From Clostridia bacterium (GTDB lineage Bacteria; Bacillota; Clostridia; Christensenellales; UBA1242): 43,632 bases of DNA. Position numbers and translations under genes: made by a program. Within the stretch, counting starts at the first letter, position 1. Every line of letters starts with the position of its first letter. The stretch is taken from the NCBI GenBank assembly GCA_045598865.1, contig JAZRVA010000025.1:1-43632 (forward strand). The letters run 5' to 3'. The notes under the pieces are model-generated. The model worked only from the letters and a program-made list of their open reading frames with translations, did no database searches and had not been told where the DNA came from. Below, one piece after another: positions 1 through 8,569 of the stretch.

Positions 1-98
1 ATTAAATATAAAAACAACAAAATACTATTACTATTAAAACTTGAATAAACTAAATGTTTTAAAATGGGTTTAAAAACAATAATTTAAAAGAGAGCCTT

Positions 99-770
99 AT
101 GAAAAAAACAAAAAAACTTTTATTTTTTACTATAACAGAATTATTAATCAGTGTGCTTTTTACAATTTTAACTTTCTTTGTTGATAAACAGGCCGTTGGC
201 CCAAAAAACACAGCCGTTGGCTTTGCCACAATAAACAAGTTTTTTGCAAATAAACTTGGCTTTAACAACAATTTTTATGTTTTAACAAAATATTTGGGAT
301 GGTTGCCAATACTTTTAGCTGCCTTGATTCTTTGCTTTACAATTTTAAAAATTTTAAAAGAAAAAAACATTTTAAAAAATTCCACTTGGGTTGCTGCTTC
401 AATAACCATAGCGCTAACTTTTGGTCTTTATGTTTTTTTTAAAATTATTGTTGTTAATTACAGGCCAGTTTTGTCAAATGGCGTGCTAGAAGCATCTTTT
501 CCTTCTTCTCACACACTTTTTGCTGTGTCGTTTATGCTTATTTCTGCATTTTGCACAAAAGAGTTCATATCTAACAAAAACTCAAAATCAATATTGTCTT
601 TCGCCTCTTATTTGTTGTGTATTGTTATTGTTGCAGGAAGGTTCTTCTCTGGCGTGCATTGGTTTACAGATATTATTGGCGGGGTTCTGTGGGGGGCATT
701 TTTATATTTACTTTTCTGCTTAATAAAATCTTTTTTACAACAAAAACAAACAAACACAAAAAACAAATAA
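99..770 (+). CDS. PAP2-family membrane phosphatase
   Basis: 223-aa ORF with several hydrophobic segments. PAP2 motifs are present: K-x6-RP (KIIVVNYRP), PSSH, and GR-x5-H-x3-D (GRFFSGVHWFTD). A purine-rich SD lies upstream of the ATG. Confidence 0.8.
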   Translation: MKKTKKLLFFTITELLISVLFTILTFFVDKQAVGPKNTAVGFATINKFFANKLGFNNNFYVLTKYLGWLPILLAALILCFTILKILKEKNILKNSTWVAASITIALTFGLYVFFKIIVVNYRPVLSNGVLEASFPSSHTLFAVSFMLISAFCTKEFISNKNSKSILSFASYLLCIVIVAGRFFSGVHWFTDIIGGVLWGAFLYLLFCLIKSFLQQKQTNTKNK

Positions 771-797
771 ACACAAATCTTTTCAAAGGGTTTTGCC

Positions 798-1826
798 ATG
801 CAACTTTTAAATGAAATTAATAACTATAAACAAAAAATTTTTGACTATTTTAATAGCAAGGATTTTTTGCACCTAACACAAAAAAATACAAGCAAGCACT
901 TTATGAAAAATTATTTCCCAACTTTAAAAAAATATTTGCTTGGTGGCAAATGCATTAGAGGTTATTTGGTGAAACTCGGCTACGAACTTTGTGGTGGAAA
1001 AAGTAACTTTAAGGACGTCTTAGTTGCCTCTTGCGCCTATGAGGTTTTTGAGGGATGCATACTGGCACAAGATGACATTATGGATAACAGCTCAACCAGG
1101 CGTGGAATCCCCACCATGTATGTTTTTTTGGGCAAAGACCATTTGGCAAAATCCTTAACCACAACCATAGCAGATGCGGGATTTTTTCTAAGCAATATAA
1201 TGCTTAGTTCTCTTAGTTTTAATGCAGAAATTATAAATGGGGCGCTACTTATTCAAAACCAAACCTACATAAAAACCACTTGCGGCCAACTTATAGATTT
1301 GGAACTTAGCAAAAAGGAAATCTACTCTCAAAAAGAAGTTTTGGAAATGTATGAACTTAAAACAGCATACTACACCATAATTGGCCCCCTGCTTTTGGGT
1401 GCCACTTTGGCAAATGCCTCACAAAATCAAATTGAATCTTTAAAACAAATAGGGCTTAATTTGGGCATTATGTTTCAAATAAAAGACGATTATTTAGGCG
1501 TTTTTGGCAATGAAAAACTTCTTGGCAAAACAATTTGCACAGACATTATTGAGGGCAAAAAAACACTTCTTACCGCCCACTTTGCAAAAAACTGCACAAA
1601 AGAACAAGAAGAACAATTTAAAAAATTCTACGGCAAAAAAGTTGCAGGCCAACAAGACAAAATTATTTCATTGTTTGAACAAACAAAAACAAAACAATAC
1701 GCCGAAGGACAATGTAAAAACCTTTTTAATAAAACAAATAGGCTAATAGAAAAATTAAAATGTCCGCAAGAGAAAAAACAAAAGCTTTTTGACCTTAACT
1801 TGTATCTGTTAGACAGAGAAAAATAA
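798..1826 (+). CDS. Polyprenyl diphosphate synthase (trans-isoprenyl diphosphate synthase family)
   Basis: 342 aa. The first aspartate-rich motif is LAQDDIMDNSSTRRG and the second is FQIKDDYLGVFG. Confidence 0.85.
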   Translation: MQLLNEINNYKQKIFDYFNSKDFLHLTQKNTSKHFMKNYFPTLKKYLLGGKCIRGYLVKLGYELCGGKSNFKDVLVASCAYEVFEGCILAQDDIMDNSSTRRGIPTMYVFLGKDHLAKSLTTTIADAGFFLSNIMLSSLSFNAEIINGALLIQNQTYIKTTCGQLIDLELSKKEIYSQKEVLEMYELKTAYYTIIGPLLLGATLANASQNQIESLKQIGLNLGIMFQIKDDYLGVFGNEKLLGKTICTDIIEGKKTLLTAHFAKNCTKEQEEQFKKFYGKKVAGQQDKIISLFEQTKTKQYAEGQCKNLFNKTNRLIEKLKCPQEKKQKLFDLNLYLLDREK

Positions 1827-1852
1827 AATTTGTTAAACATAAAAAAGTAAAA

Positions 1853-1885
1853 AGAAAAGCAAAAAATTATTGCTTTTCTTTTTTG
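1853..1885. terminator. Intrinsic terminator between convergent genes
   Basis: Stem AGAAAAGCAA / TTGCTTTTCT is flanked by an A-run upstream and a T-run downstream. It lies between the polyprenyl synthase stop and the stop of the minus-strand small ORF. Confidence 0.55.
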
Positions 1886-1930
1886 GGATAACAATTATTC
1901 TGTTTAAAAATTAGATTTTTAATTTATAAT

Positions 1931-2089
1931 CTATTTTTCTTTAACATAATAACTGCCGGAGTGTTGTGTGGCAGGAAATCTCTGACCCTTTTTTAGGTAA
2001 CAGCTTCCGCCATTGTGGCCCTTTTCGTCATAAGCTGAATAATTGCCAGACTCTGGGGCAACCTCTCCTGGTTTCCATGAATTGCTCAT
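1931..2089 (-). CDS. Small YjzC-like protein (52 aa), absent from the ORF track
   Basis: My own translation is MSNSWKPGEVAPESGNYSAYDEKGHNGGSCYLKKGQRFPATQHSGSYYVKEK. An AAAGGAGG SD sits 6 nt upstream of the ATG. The KPG..AP.SG.Y ... KG.RFP.T pattern resembles the Bacillus YjzC family as I recall it. Confidence 0.6.
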   Translation of the reverse strand: MSNSWKPGEVAPESGNYSAYDEKGHNGGSCYLKKGQRFPATQHSGSYYVKEK

Positions 2090-2205
2090 AAAATACCTCC
2101 TTTGTTATTGTGTGAACCACTAAAAATTTTATGCAAAATTTTTTTTATTTTTGTTGCCAAACAAACTTTCTAGGTGTTAAAATAAAAATGTTAAAAGGAA
2201 TTTTT

Positions 2206-2763
2206 ATGTCTAACAATATTATTGTTGCCGTTGTTGGCCTTTGCGGGTCCGGAAAAAGTGAAGCCACGCAAGTATTCATAAACAACGGTTTTGAGAAGGT
2301 TTATTTTGGTGATGTTACCTTTGACGAGATGAAAAGGCAACACCTTGAAATAACCCCCGAAAATGAACGAAAAGTTAGGGAGCAGCTTCGCGCAACTAGC
2401 GACATGGCAATATATGCTAAAAAAAGCGAACCAAAAATTAAAGACTACTACTCTCAGGGCAAAAATGTAGTGGTTGAAAGTTTGTATTCGTGGAGCGAAT
2501 ATAAATATTTAAAAGAAATTTATAAAGACAAATTAAAACTTCTTGCCATAGTTACAGATAGAGATTTAAGGGCCGAAAGGTTAAAAAATAGACCTTTCAG
2601 ACCATTAACCGACGAACAAGTAACCACAAGAGATTACACAGAAATAGAAAATATTGAAAAAGGTGGCCCAATTGCTATTGCCGACCATTTTATTGTCAAC
2701 AATGACAGCATGGGCACATTAACCCAAAAAGTTCAGCAGTATATAAACTTTTTATTAAATTAA
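2206..2763 (+). CDS. P-loop nucleotide/nucleoside kinase-like protein (dephospho-CoA kinase-like AAA ATPase)
   Basis: Walker A motif VGLCGSGKSE lies near the N-terminus. I chose the ATG at 2206 because AAAAGGAA lies upstream; the longer track ORF starting at 2131 has no SD. Confidence 0.6.
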   Translation: MSNNIIVAVVGLCGSGKSEATQVFINNGFEKVYFGDVTFDEMKRQHLEITPENERKVREQLRATSDMAIYAKKSEPKIKDYYSQGKNVVVESLYSWSEYKYLKEIYKDKLKLLAIVTDRDLRAERLKNRPFRPLTDEQVTTRDYTEIENIEKGGPIAIADHFIVNNDSMGTLTQKVQQYINFLLN

Positions 2764-2833
2764 TGTTAAAACTAAAAAATCAGAGATAAAGTTTTTATAT
2801 TTGCTGATTTTTTATTGATAAAAAGGAGTTTTT

Positions 2834-4321
2834 ATGGAAAAAAAGTTGTGTTTTGACTCAAAAAAATACTTAGAGGAGCAAAGCAAAAGAATTAAAGAAA
2901 AAATGAAACAGTTTGATAACAAACTGTATATGGAGTTCGGTGGCAAACTTTTTGATGACCTACACGCCAGCAGGGTTTTGCCAGGGTTTGACCCAAACAT
3001 ACAAATAAAACTTCTAGATAAATTTAAAAAAGACTGTGAAATTATTTTTGTAATATCCGCAAACGATATAGAAAAGAATAAAATTAGGGCAGATTTTGGC
3101 ATTACTTACGACATGGAAGTTTTAAGGCTTATAGATAATTTTAGGGCAAGGGGGCTTCTTGTAAGTGCTGTGGTTATCACATTATTTGACGGTCAACCAT
3201 CTGCACTAAAATTTAAAACCAAGCTTGAATCCCGTGGAGAAAATGTTTACTTTCATTACTTCACAAAAGGTTATCCAACAGATGTGGAAACAATTGTTAG
3301 TGAAGATGGCTATGGTAAAAACCCATATGTAAAAACCACAAAACCTTTGGTTGTAATAACAGCACCTGGCCCAGGCAGTGGCAAACTTGCAACTTGTCTT
3401 TCTCAGCTTTACCATGAATACAAAAATGGCGTCAAGGCAGGCTATGCCAAATTTGAAAAATTCCCAGTTTGGAATTTGCCTTTAAAACACCCAATTAACA
3501 TTGCATACGAAAGCGCAACCGCAGATTTAAAAGATGTTAACTTAATAGACTCCTACCACTTTGATGCCTACGGAAAAATAGCAATAAGTTATAACAGGGA
3601 TATGGAAATCTTCCCTGTTGTTAGAAATATCTTAAAGAAAATTTGTGGCGAAGATATTTACAAATCTCCAACAGATATGGGCATTAACACAATTGCAAAT
3701 TGCATTTTTGATGACCAAGTTGCCAGAGAAGCAGCAACCCAAGAGGTTATTAGAAGATACTACAAGGCAAAAGTAGAAATCAAAAAAGGCAATGCACCGG
3801 CGCACTGCAAAGAAAGAATTAGACTTTTAATGAACGAACTTGGCGTAAACAAATATGATAGACGATGTGTTAAATTTGCAGAAGAAAAAGAACAAAGAAC
3901 AGGTTTTCCAAGCATCTGCATAGAACTTCTTGATGGTAGAATTGTTACCGGCAGACAAACCAAACTTTTAAGTGCAAGCGCAAGCGTGGTGTTAAACGCA
4001 TTAAAAGAACTTTCCGGCATTGAAGACAAGTTTGAACTTATATCAGCCCAGGTTTTAAAGCCAATAGACGACCTTAAAAAGAACATTTTAAATTCAAAAG
4101 ATGAGGTTTTGTCTTTAAGAGATGTTTTAATAGCACTTTCTATTTCTGCAAGCTTAAATCCAATTGCAAAAGTTGCATATGATAATATAAATTTGTTAAA
4201 AGATTGTGAGGCACACTCAACACACATTTTAAGCCCAGCAAACGAGGATTCTTTTAGAAGACTTGGAGTTAACATTACTTGCGGAGATGTTTTTACAACA
4301 AAAAATTTATTTGAAGCCTAA
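2834..4321 (+). CDS. DUF1846 / UPF0371 family protein
   Basis: 495 aa. The N-terminal FD..KYL..Q..RI ... FGGKLFDDLHASRVLPGFDPN block is typical of UPF0371. SD AAAAGGAG is present. Confidence 0.75.
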   Translation: MEKKLCFDSKKYLEEQSKRIKEKMKQFDNKLYMEFGGKLFDDLHASRVLPGFDPNIQIKLLDKFKKDCEIIFVISANDIEKNKIRADFGITYDMEVLRLIDNFRARGLLVSAVVITLFDGQPSALKFKTKLESRGENVYFHYFTKGYPTDVETIVSEDGYGKNPYVKTTKPLVVITAPGPGSGKLATCLSQLYHEYKNGVKAGYAKFEKFPVWNLPLKHPINIAYESATADLKDVNLIDSYHFDAYGKIAISYNRDMEIFPVVRNILKKICGEDIYKSPTDMGINTIANCIFDDQVAREAATQEVIRRYYKAKVEIKKGNAPAHCKERIRLLMNELGVNKYDRRCVKFAEEKEQRTGFPSICIELLDGRIVTGRQTKLLSASASVVLNALKELSGIEDKFELISAQVLKPIDDLKKNILNSKDEVLSLRDVLIALSISASLNPIAKVAYDNINLLKDCEAHSTHILSPANEDSFRRLGVNITCGDVFTTKNLFEA

Positions 4322-4360
4322 CCACAAAATCTTTTAATAAACAACAAAATCTTTTAATAA
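4321..4360. repeat. Tandem 20-bp direct duplication (19/20 identical)
   Basis: accacaaaatcttttaataa is followed by acaacaaaatcttttaataa, starting at the last base of the DUF1846 stop codon. Confidence 0.8.
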
Positions 4361-4415
4361 TATAACAAACCTAAAATGAAGTGAACCCAGTTGGTGACAC
4401 AATAATAAAAAGCCC

Positions 4416-4457
4416 AAGAAAGAAATATTAAGTCAAAATTAACATTTCTTTCTTTTT
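4416..4457 (+). terminator. Possible intrinsic terminator (large loop)
   Basis: Perfect 11-bp stem AAGAAAGAAAT / ATTTCTTTCTT with a 17-nt loop, followed by TTT. Confidence 0.45.
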
Positions 4458-4539
4458 GTGTCTAAAAAAATATAAAATTAAAATATCTTAAAAAAATTTT
4501 ATCCATTAAACGATAGAATTTTTTTATGACAAAAATTTG

Positions 4540-4567
4540 TTGCAAATTTAAAAAAGTGTGGTATAAC
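4540..4567 (+). promoter_or_regulatory. Sigma-70-like promoter for the lipoprotein gene
   Basis: TTGCAA, 16-nt spacer, TATAAC, with TGg immediately upstream of the -10 (extended -10). Confidence 0.4.
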
Positions 4568-4596
4568 AAATTTATACTAATTATTGGAGGTAAAAA

Positions 4597-5796
4597 ATGA
4601 AAAAGAAAGTTATAAGTTATATTTTAGCAATTTTGTTATTTATTCCTTGCATGTTTATGTTTACAGCGTGTGAACCAAGCGAAGTAGAGGAAATTGACCC
4701 AAAACTTTATCACTTAACTATACACTATACAGGCGTTACACTTAATGATGATCAAAAAGCAGATTTCAAAGCAACATTTGGTGATGGCCAAATGGGAACA
4801 ACTGTTGTAGAAGGAACTCGTGATGAGGAAAAAATCAAAGCATTAAAAGATGCTGGAGCAACAGATGCCGACCTTGCAAAAGCAGGCGTAAGACAAGATG
4901 ATGGTTCTTATTATTTCTTTGAGAGAGATTCAATATACATTGAGTATCCAGAAGTCGACAATTATAGATTTATATGTTTCTATTATGAAGGAACAGATCA
5001 ACAAGCACACAATCCTAGAGTAACAGGACAATATGAAAAATCTCTCAATAAGTTCTTTATGCCAAATAGAGATGTTGTGTTGGAGGCTCGTTATGAAGTA
5101 TTGTCATATAGTTTTTCTATTGACAATATGTCTAGTGGTCAATCAAATCATCAAGATAATCCAGAGACAGGAACAATTAGAACATATTGTCCACTTAATG
5201 ATGGAGATTTTGTTTTAAAAGATGCAATAACAACCAATCCACATGAAGAATTTTTACGTTGGGAATATGAAGACTCAGCTCATGCTAATGGTGGTGTGGC
5301 TGAATGGATTCCACTAGAAAATAATAAACTTCCAAAAACATTTAATGGTAGCGAAGACCCTTTTACTGTTGAAATAATGAGAATAAGAGCAGTTTTTGAA
5401 ACAGAAAAATTAAATGTTTCATTTAAATTTAAATACTTGGAAGAACAAACCCCAACAGATATTAGTGAAAGTATAGTTTGTAGTGAAATCAAAATACAAG
5501 GAAATAAAACAACTGTTGGAGACCAAAATATTTCAAGTGCTCCAGTAGTAGTAACTGGAAGTTCTAACAATATATTGGTTGAATATGGTAGTTCGTTTTA
5601 TGTTTTTGTAACACCTCAAGATGGTTACTATGTATGTGGATATGTTGTAAACGGAATAGAATTTGACTATTCAACCGATTCAAGATATTTGAATATTTAT
5701 GAAGATGCTTGGACTCAAAAGAATATTCCTGACACTAATCAAAAATTGGAAATCACAATATTATTTGCAGTAGGTCAAGCACCACAGCAACCATAA
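4597..5796 (+). CDS. Lipoprotein with repeated beta-rich domains (Listeria-Bacteroides/InlB B-repeat-like)
   Basis: The signal peptide ends in lipobox FTAC. Three recurring aromatic segments are visible (YRFICFYYEG, EEFLRWEYED, GYYVCGYVVNG). SD GGAGG is present. Confidence 0.7.
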   Translation: MKKKVISYILAILLFIPCMFMFTACEPSEVEEIDPKLYHLTIHYTGVTLNDDQKADFKATFGDGQMGTTVVEGTRDEEKIKALKDAGATDADLAKAGVRQDDGSYYFFERDSIYIEYPEVDNYRFICFYYEGTDQQAHNPRVTGQYEKSLNKFFMPNRDVVLEARYEVLSYSFSIDNMSSGQSNHQDNPETGTIRTYCPLNDGDFVLKDAITTNPHEEFLRWEYEDSAHANGGVAEWIPLENNKLPKTFNGSEDPFTVEIMRIRAVFETEKLNVSFKFKYLEEQTPTDISESIVCSEIKIQGNKTTVGDQNISSAPVVVTGSSNNILVEYGSSFYVFVTPQDGYYVCGYVVNGIEFDYSTDSRYLNIYEDAWTQKNIPDTNQKLEITILFAVGQAPQQP

Positions 5797-5900
5797 AATG
5801 TTTTCCAAAACTATATACAAATGAAGTTGTGTATTCAAAAATAATTTGAAAAGATTTATAAACGATATTTATAAATAAATAATTTTTAATAGAAAAAAAT

Positions 5901-5934
5901 AGACCACTATTTCTACGATAAGTGGTCTTTTTTA
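5901..5934 (+). terminator. Intrinsic terminator
   Basis: Stem AGACCACT / AGTGGTCT followed by TTTTTT. Confidence 0.65.
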
Positions 5935-6066
5935 TCATAATATTAATTCACTAGGGCTTTATTTTCTTGTGCCATTTTATGGGTGCATATCAAAACAGGT
6001 CGTTGTTTATAAAAATCATCAACCTTAACGAATATCAAAAAAGTTTTTATAATAAAATAATCTATA

Positions 6067-6750
6067 ATGGTTTTTAAACAAACAAAAGTTAAAAAAGCAA
6101 ATAAAACAATAATTATAATTGTTGCCTGTTTGCTTTTTTTGTTTGTATTTTTTGTGTTTAAAAAATTTAATTTAACAAATAAGTTTTTTGAACCAAACAA
6201 ACTAAAACAAACCATTTTGTCATCTGGGTTTTGGGCTTATTCGATTTTTGCAATATTGCAATTTTTGCAGGTCACTCTTCTACCCCTGCCATCATCTTTA
6301 ACAACAATTTTAGGTGTTCTTATTTTTGGTCCAATAACCACCTTCCTTTTAAGCACCTTGGCAATATTACTTGGAAGCATTTTTGCATACTTCTTAGGCA
6401 AATTTTTCGGCTCAAAAGTTTTAAAATTTTTCTTGGGCAAAACAAACACTCAAAAACTTCAAAACAATCTTAAAAAAAACTATTGGCTGTTTTTTGTTAT
6501 GATGCTTTTGCCTTTTTTCCCAGACGACCTTTTGTGCATGGTGGCTGGCATTATTAGCATGGACTTTAAGTTCTTCTTGCTAACAAATTTAATAACAAGA
6601 ACCATTGGCATTTTGTCTTTGTGTTTTTTAGGCAATTTAAAAATATTAAAAAACCCCGCTTTTCCAACAATATTTTTTTGTTTTTTTATCCTTATTTTTA
6701 TTGTAAAAAAGGTTAAAAAACATTTAAATTCTCAACAAAAAATAAAGTAA
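6067..6750 (+). CDS. TVP38/TMEM64 (DedA-related) family membrane protein
   Basis: 227 aa and polytopic. The LQVTLLPLPSS...GVLFGP segment resembles the VTT/SNARE-associated domain. There is no SD, and TAAAAT lies 8 nt upstream of the ATG. Confidence 0.6.
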   Translation: MVFKQTKVKKANKTIIIIVACLLFLFVFFVFKKFNLTNKFFEPNKLKQTILSSGFWAYSIFAILQFLQVTLLPLPSSLTTILGVLIFGPITTFLLSTLAILLGSIFAYFLGKFFGSKVLKFFLGKTNTQKLQNNLKKNYWLFFVMMLLPFFPDDLLCMVAGIISMDFKFFLLTNLITRTIGILSLCFLGNLKILKNPAFPTIFFCFFILIFIVKKVKKHLNSQQKIK

Positions 6751-6828
6751 AATGCTATCAAAAAACTATTTTGTTAATATAAATGCAATTTTTATTAAAA
6801 TGTGATATACTGATAATTAGGAGAAAAA

Positions 6829-7377
6829 ATGTTAACTGCGGATAAAGATTGTGAATTATTAGAGATTCTTGATGAAAGTGGAAAATCAACTGGAAGCTTT
6901 GAAAAAAGAGAATTAATTCATAAAAACAAATTGTTCCATAACGAGGTTGCTTTGTGGATAATAGACAAAAAAAATAAAACTATATTGTTACAAAGAAGAA
7001 GCCCAAACAAAAAACAAAACCCAAACAAACTGGCATTATGTGCAGGCCATGTAGTTAAGGGAGAAAATGTGTTAACTGCCTTAAAAAAAGAAGCTCAAGA
7101 AGAACTTGGAATAAATATAAAAAATTATAATGTAAATTATCTTACAACAATCAAACGCACAGAACCTTCAAACCGTTGCTTTTCCCACCATTATTATATT
7201 TTAGAATCAATACCAATTGCTAAATTTAAAATTCAAAAAGAAGAACTCTCTGAGGTGTTATACTTGAATTATGACAAATTAAAACAAATGGTAAAAGATG
7301 GTAGCAACGAAGTCGTGTTTAACTGGAATGACGAATATAAAAGATTGTTCAGTTTATTAGATAAAATAATAATTTAA
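6829..7377 (+). CDS. NUDIX hydrolase (IDI-like subfamily possible)
   Basis: The Nudix box is GHVVKGENVLTALKKEAQEELGI (G-x5-E-x7-[RK]E-x2-EE-x-G). SD AGGAG is present. Confidence 0.8.
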   Translation: MLTADKDCELLEILDESGKSTGSFEKRELIHKNKLFHNEVALWIIDKKNKTILLQRRSPNKKQNPNKLALCAGHVVKGENVLTALKKEAQEELGINIKNYNVNYLTTIKRTEPSNRCFSHHYYILESIPIAKFKIQKEELSEVLYLNYDKLKQMVKDGSNEVVFNWNDEYKRLFSLLDKIII

Positions 7378-7380
7378 CAA

Positions 7381-7410
7381 AAAAACTCAACCAAGTAGGT
7401 TGAGTTTTTT
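7381..7410. terminator. Bidirectional intrinsic terminator
   Basis: AAAAACTCAACC, a 5-nt loop, then GGTTGAGTTTTT, between the convergent NUDIX and galE genes. Confidence 0.7.
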
Positions 7411-7419
7411 GCTTTTTAT

Positions 7420-8418
7420 TTATTTGTTATTTTTTTCAAATTCATAAGAAGACAAACACATTTCTTCCAAAGTTTTGTTTGTTTTAAAACCAAGTTCCTT
7501 CTCTGCCTTGTCTGGGCAAGCAAACACAATTGCCGCATCGCCTGGTCTTCTTTCAACAATTTTGTATTTTACCTTATCGCCACAAACTTTGTTAAAAGTA
7601 TTCACCACGTCCAAAACACTATATCCATGCCCCGTGCCTAAGTTATAAATTTTATAACCTTTAAAATCGGTAATATGGTTTAAAGATGCAACATGCCCTT
7701 TTGCCAAATCCACAACGTGGATATAATCCCTAACACCAGTGCCGTCGTGCGTTGGATAGTCGTTGCCAAAAATGCTTAGTTCTTTTAGTTTTCCAAAAGC
7801 AACCCTTGTTATGTATGGCATCAAATTGTTTGGTATTCCGTTTGGGTTTTCACCAATCAAGCCACTTTCGTGTGCTCCAATTGGGTTGAAATACCTAAGA
7901 ATTACAGCAGAAAAATTAGGGTTTGCCGTGCAGTAATCTTTAATAATCTCTTCAATAAAGTATTTTGTTCTGCCATAAGGGTTAATTGGGTTTAAAATTG
8001 CCTCCTCTGTAAATGGTGCTTTGTTTTTGTCGGAATACACACAAGCAGAAGAACTAAACACAAGCTTGTTAACGCCATGCTTTTCCATAACTTTTAACAA
8101 ATTTATTGTGCCGGCCACATTGTTTTCATAATACAAAAGCGGCTTTTTTGCCGATTCCCCCACAGCTTTCAACCCCGCGAAATGAATAACAGCATCATAT
8201 TTCTCTTTTTCAAACAATTTGTCCATTGCCTTAATGTTAAGCAAATCTATTTTGTAAAACTTAATATCCTTATTTGTTATTTTTTTTAATCTGTTTTTTA
8301 TCTTAATGCTGGAATTATACAAATTATCCATTATTTCAACGTCATAACCATTGTTTATAAGTTCAACCGCAGTGTGGCTGCCAATATAGCCTAGGCCACC
8401 AGTTAACAATACTTTCAT
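7420..8418 (-). CDS. galE: UDP-glucose 4-epimerase
   Basis: N-terminus is MKVLLTGGLGYIGSH (GxxGxxG) and the YGRTK motif matches Y-x3-K. I chose the start at 8418 because AAGGAGAT lies upstream; the track ORF is extended to 8493. Confidence 0.9.
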   Translation of the reverse strand: MKVLLTGGLGYIGSHTAVELINNGYDVEIMDNLYNSSIKIKNRLKKITNKDIKFYKIDLLNIKAMDKLFEKEKYDAVIHFAGLKAVGESAKKPLLYYENNVAGTINLLKVMEKHGVNKLVFSSSACVYSDKNKAPFTEEAILNPINPYGRTKYFIEEIIKDYCTANPNFSAVILRYFNPIGAHESGLIGENPNGIPNNLMPYITRVAFGKLKELSIFGNDYPTHDGTGVRDYIHVVDLAKGHVASLNHITDFKGYKIYNLGTGHGYSVLDVVNTFNKVCGDKVKYKIVERRPGDAAIVFACPDKAEKELGFKTNKTLEEMCLSSYEFEKNNK

Positions 8419-8569
8419 AAAAATCTCCTTTTTTTTCTTGTATGAATATAGATTATCAAAAATGCTAGCAAAAAACAAATATTTTAAAACCAAAATAAAC
8501 TCTTGACATTTTTTTTAAATAATATAAGTATTTATATATATTATTTTGCTAAAAGGGGTTTTACTTCTA

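Noticed and set aside
2131-2205. Upstream-extended starts offered by the ORF track at 2131, 8546 (TTG), 10221, 8493 (-), 29160 (GTG, -) and 40130 (-).
   Set aside because: In each case an internal ATG is preceded by a proper SD at 6-10 nt, and the protein family N-terminus begins there. The extensions add non-conserved residues or run into the upstream gene.
4321-4360. The 20-bp tandem repeat as a CRISPR-like or minisatellite array.
   Set aside because: There are only two adjacent copies with no spacers and no cas genes. It is most simply a local duplication.
5943-6215. 90-aa minus-strand ORF spanning the intergenic region and the 5' end of the TVP38-like gene.
   Set aside because: It overlaps the start of a better-supported plus-strand membrane gene and has no SD. 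Its translation is low-complexity, and the intergenic part would encode only about 25 residues.
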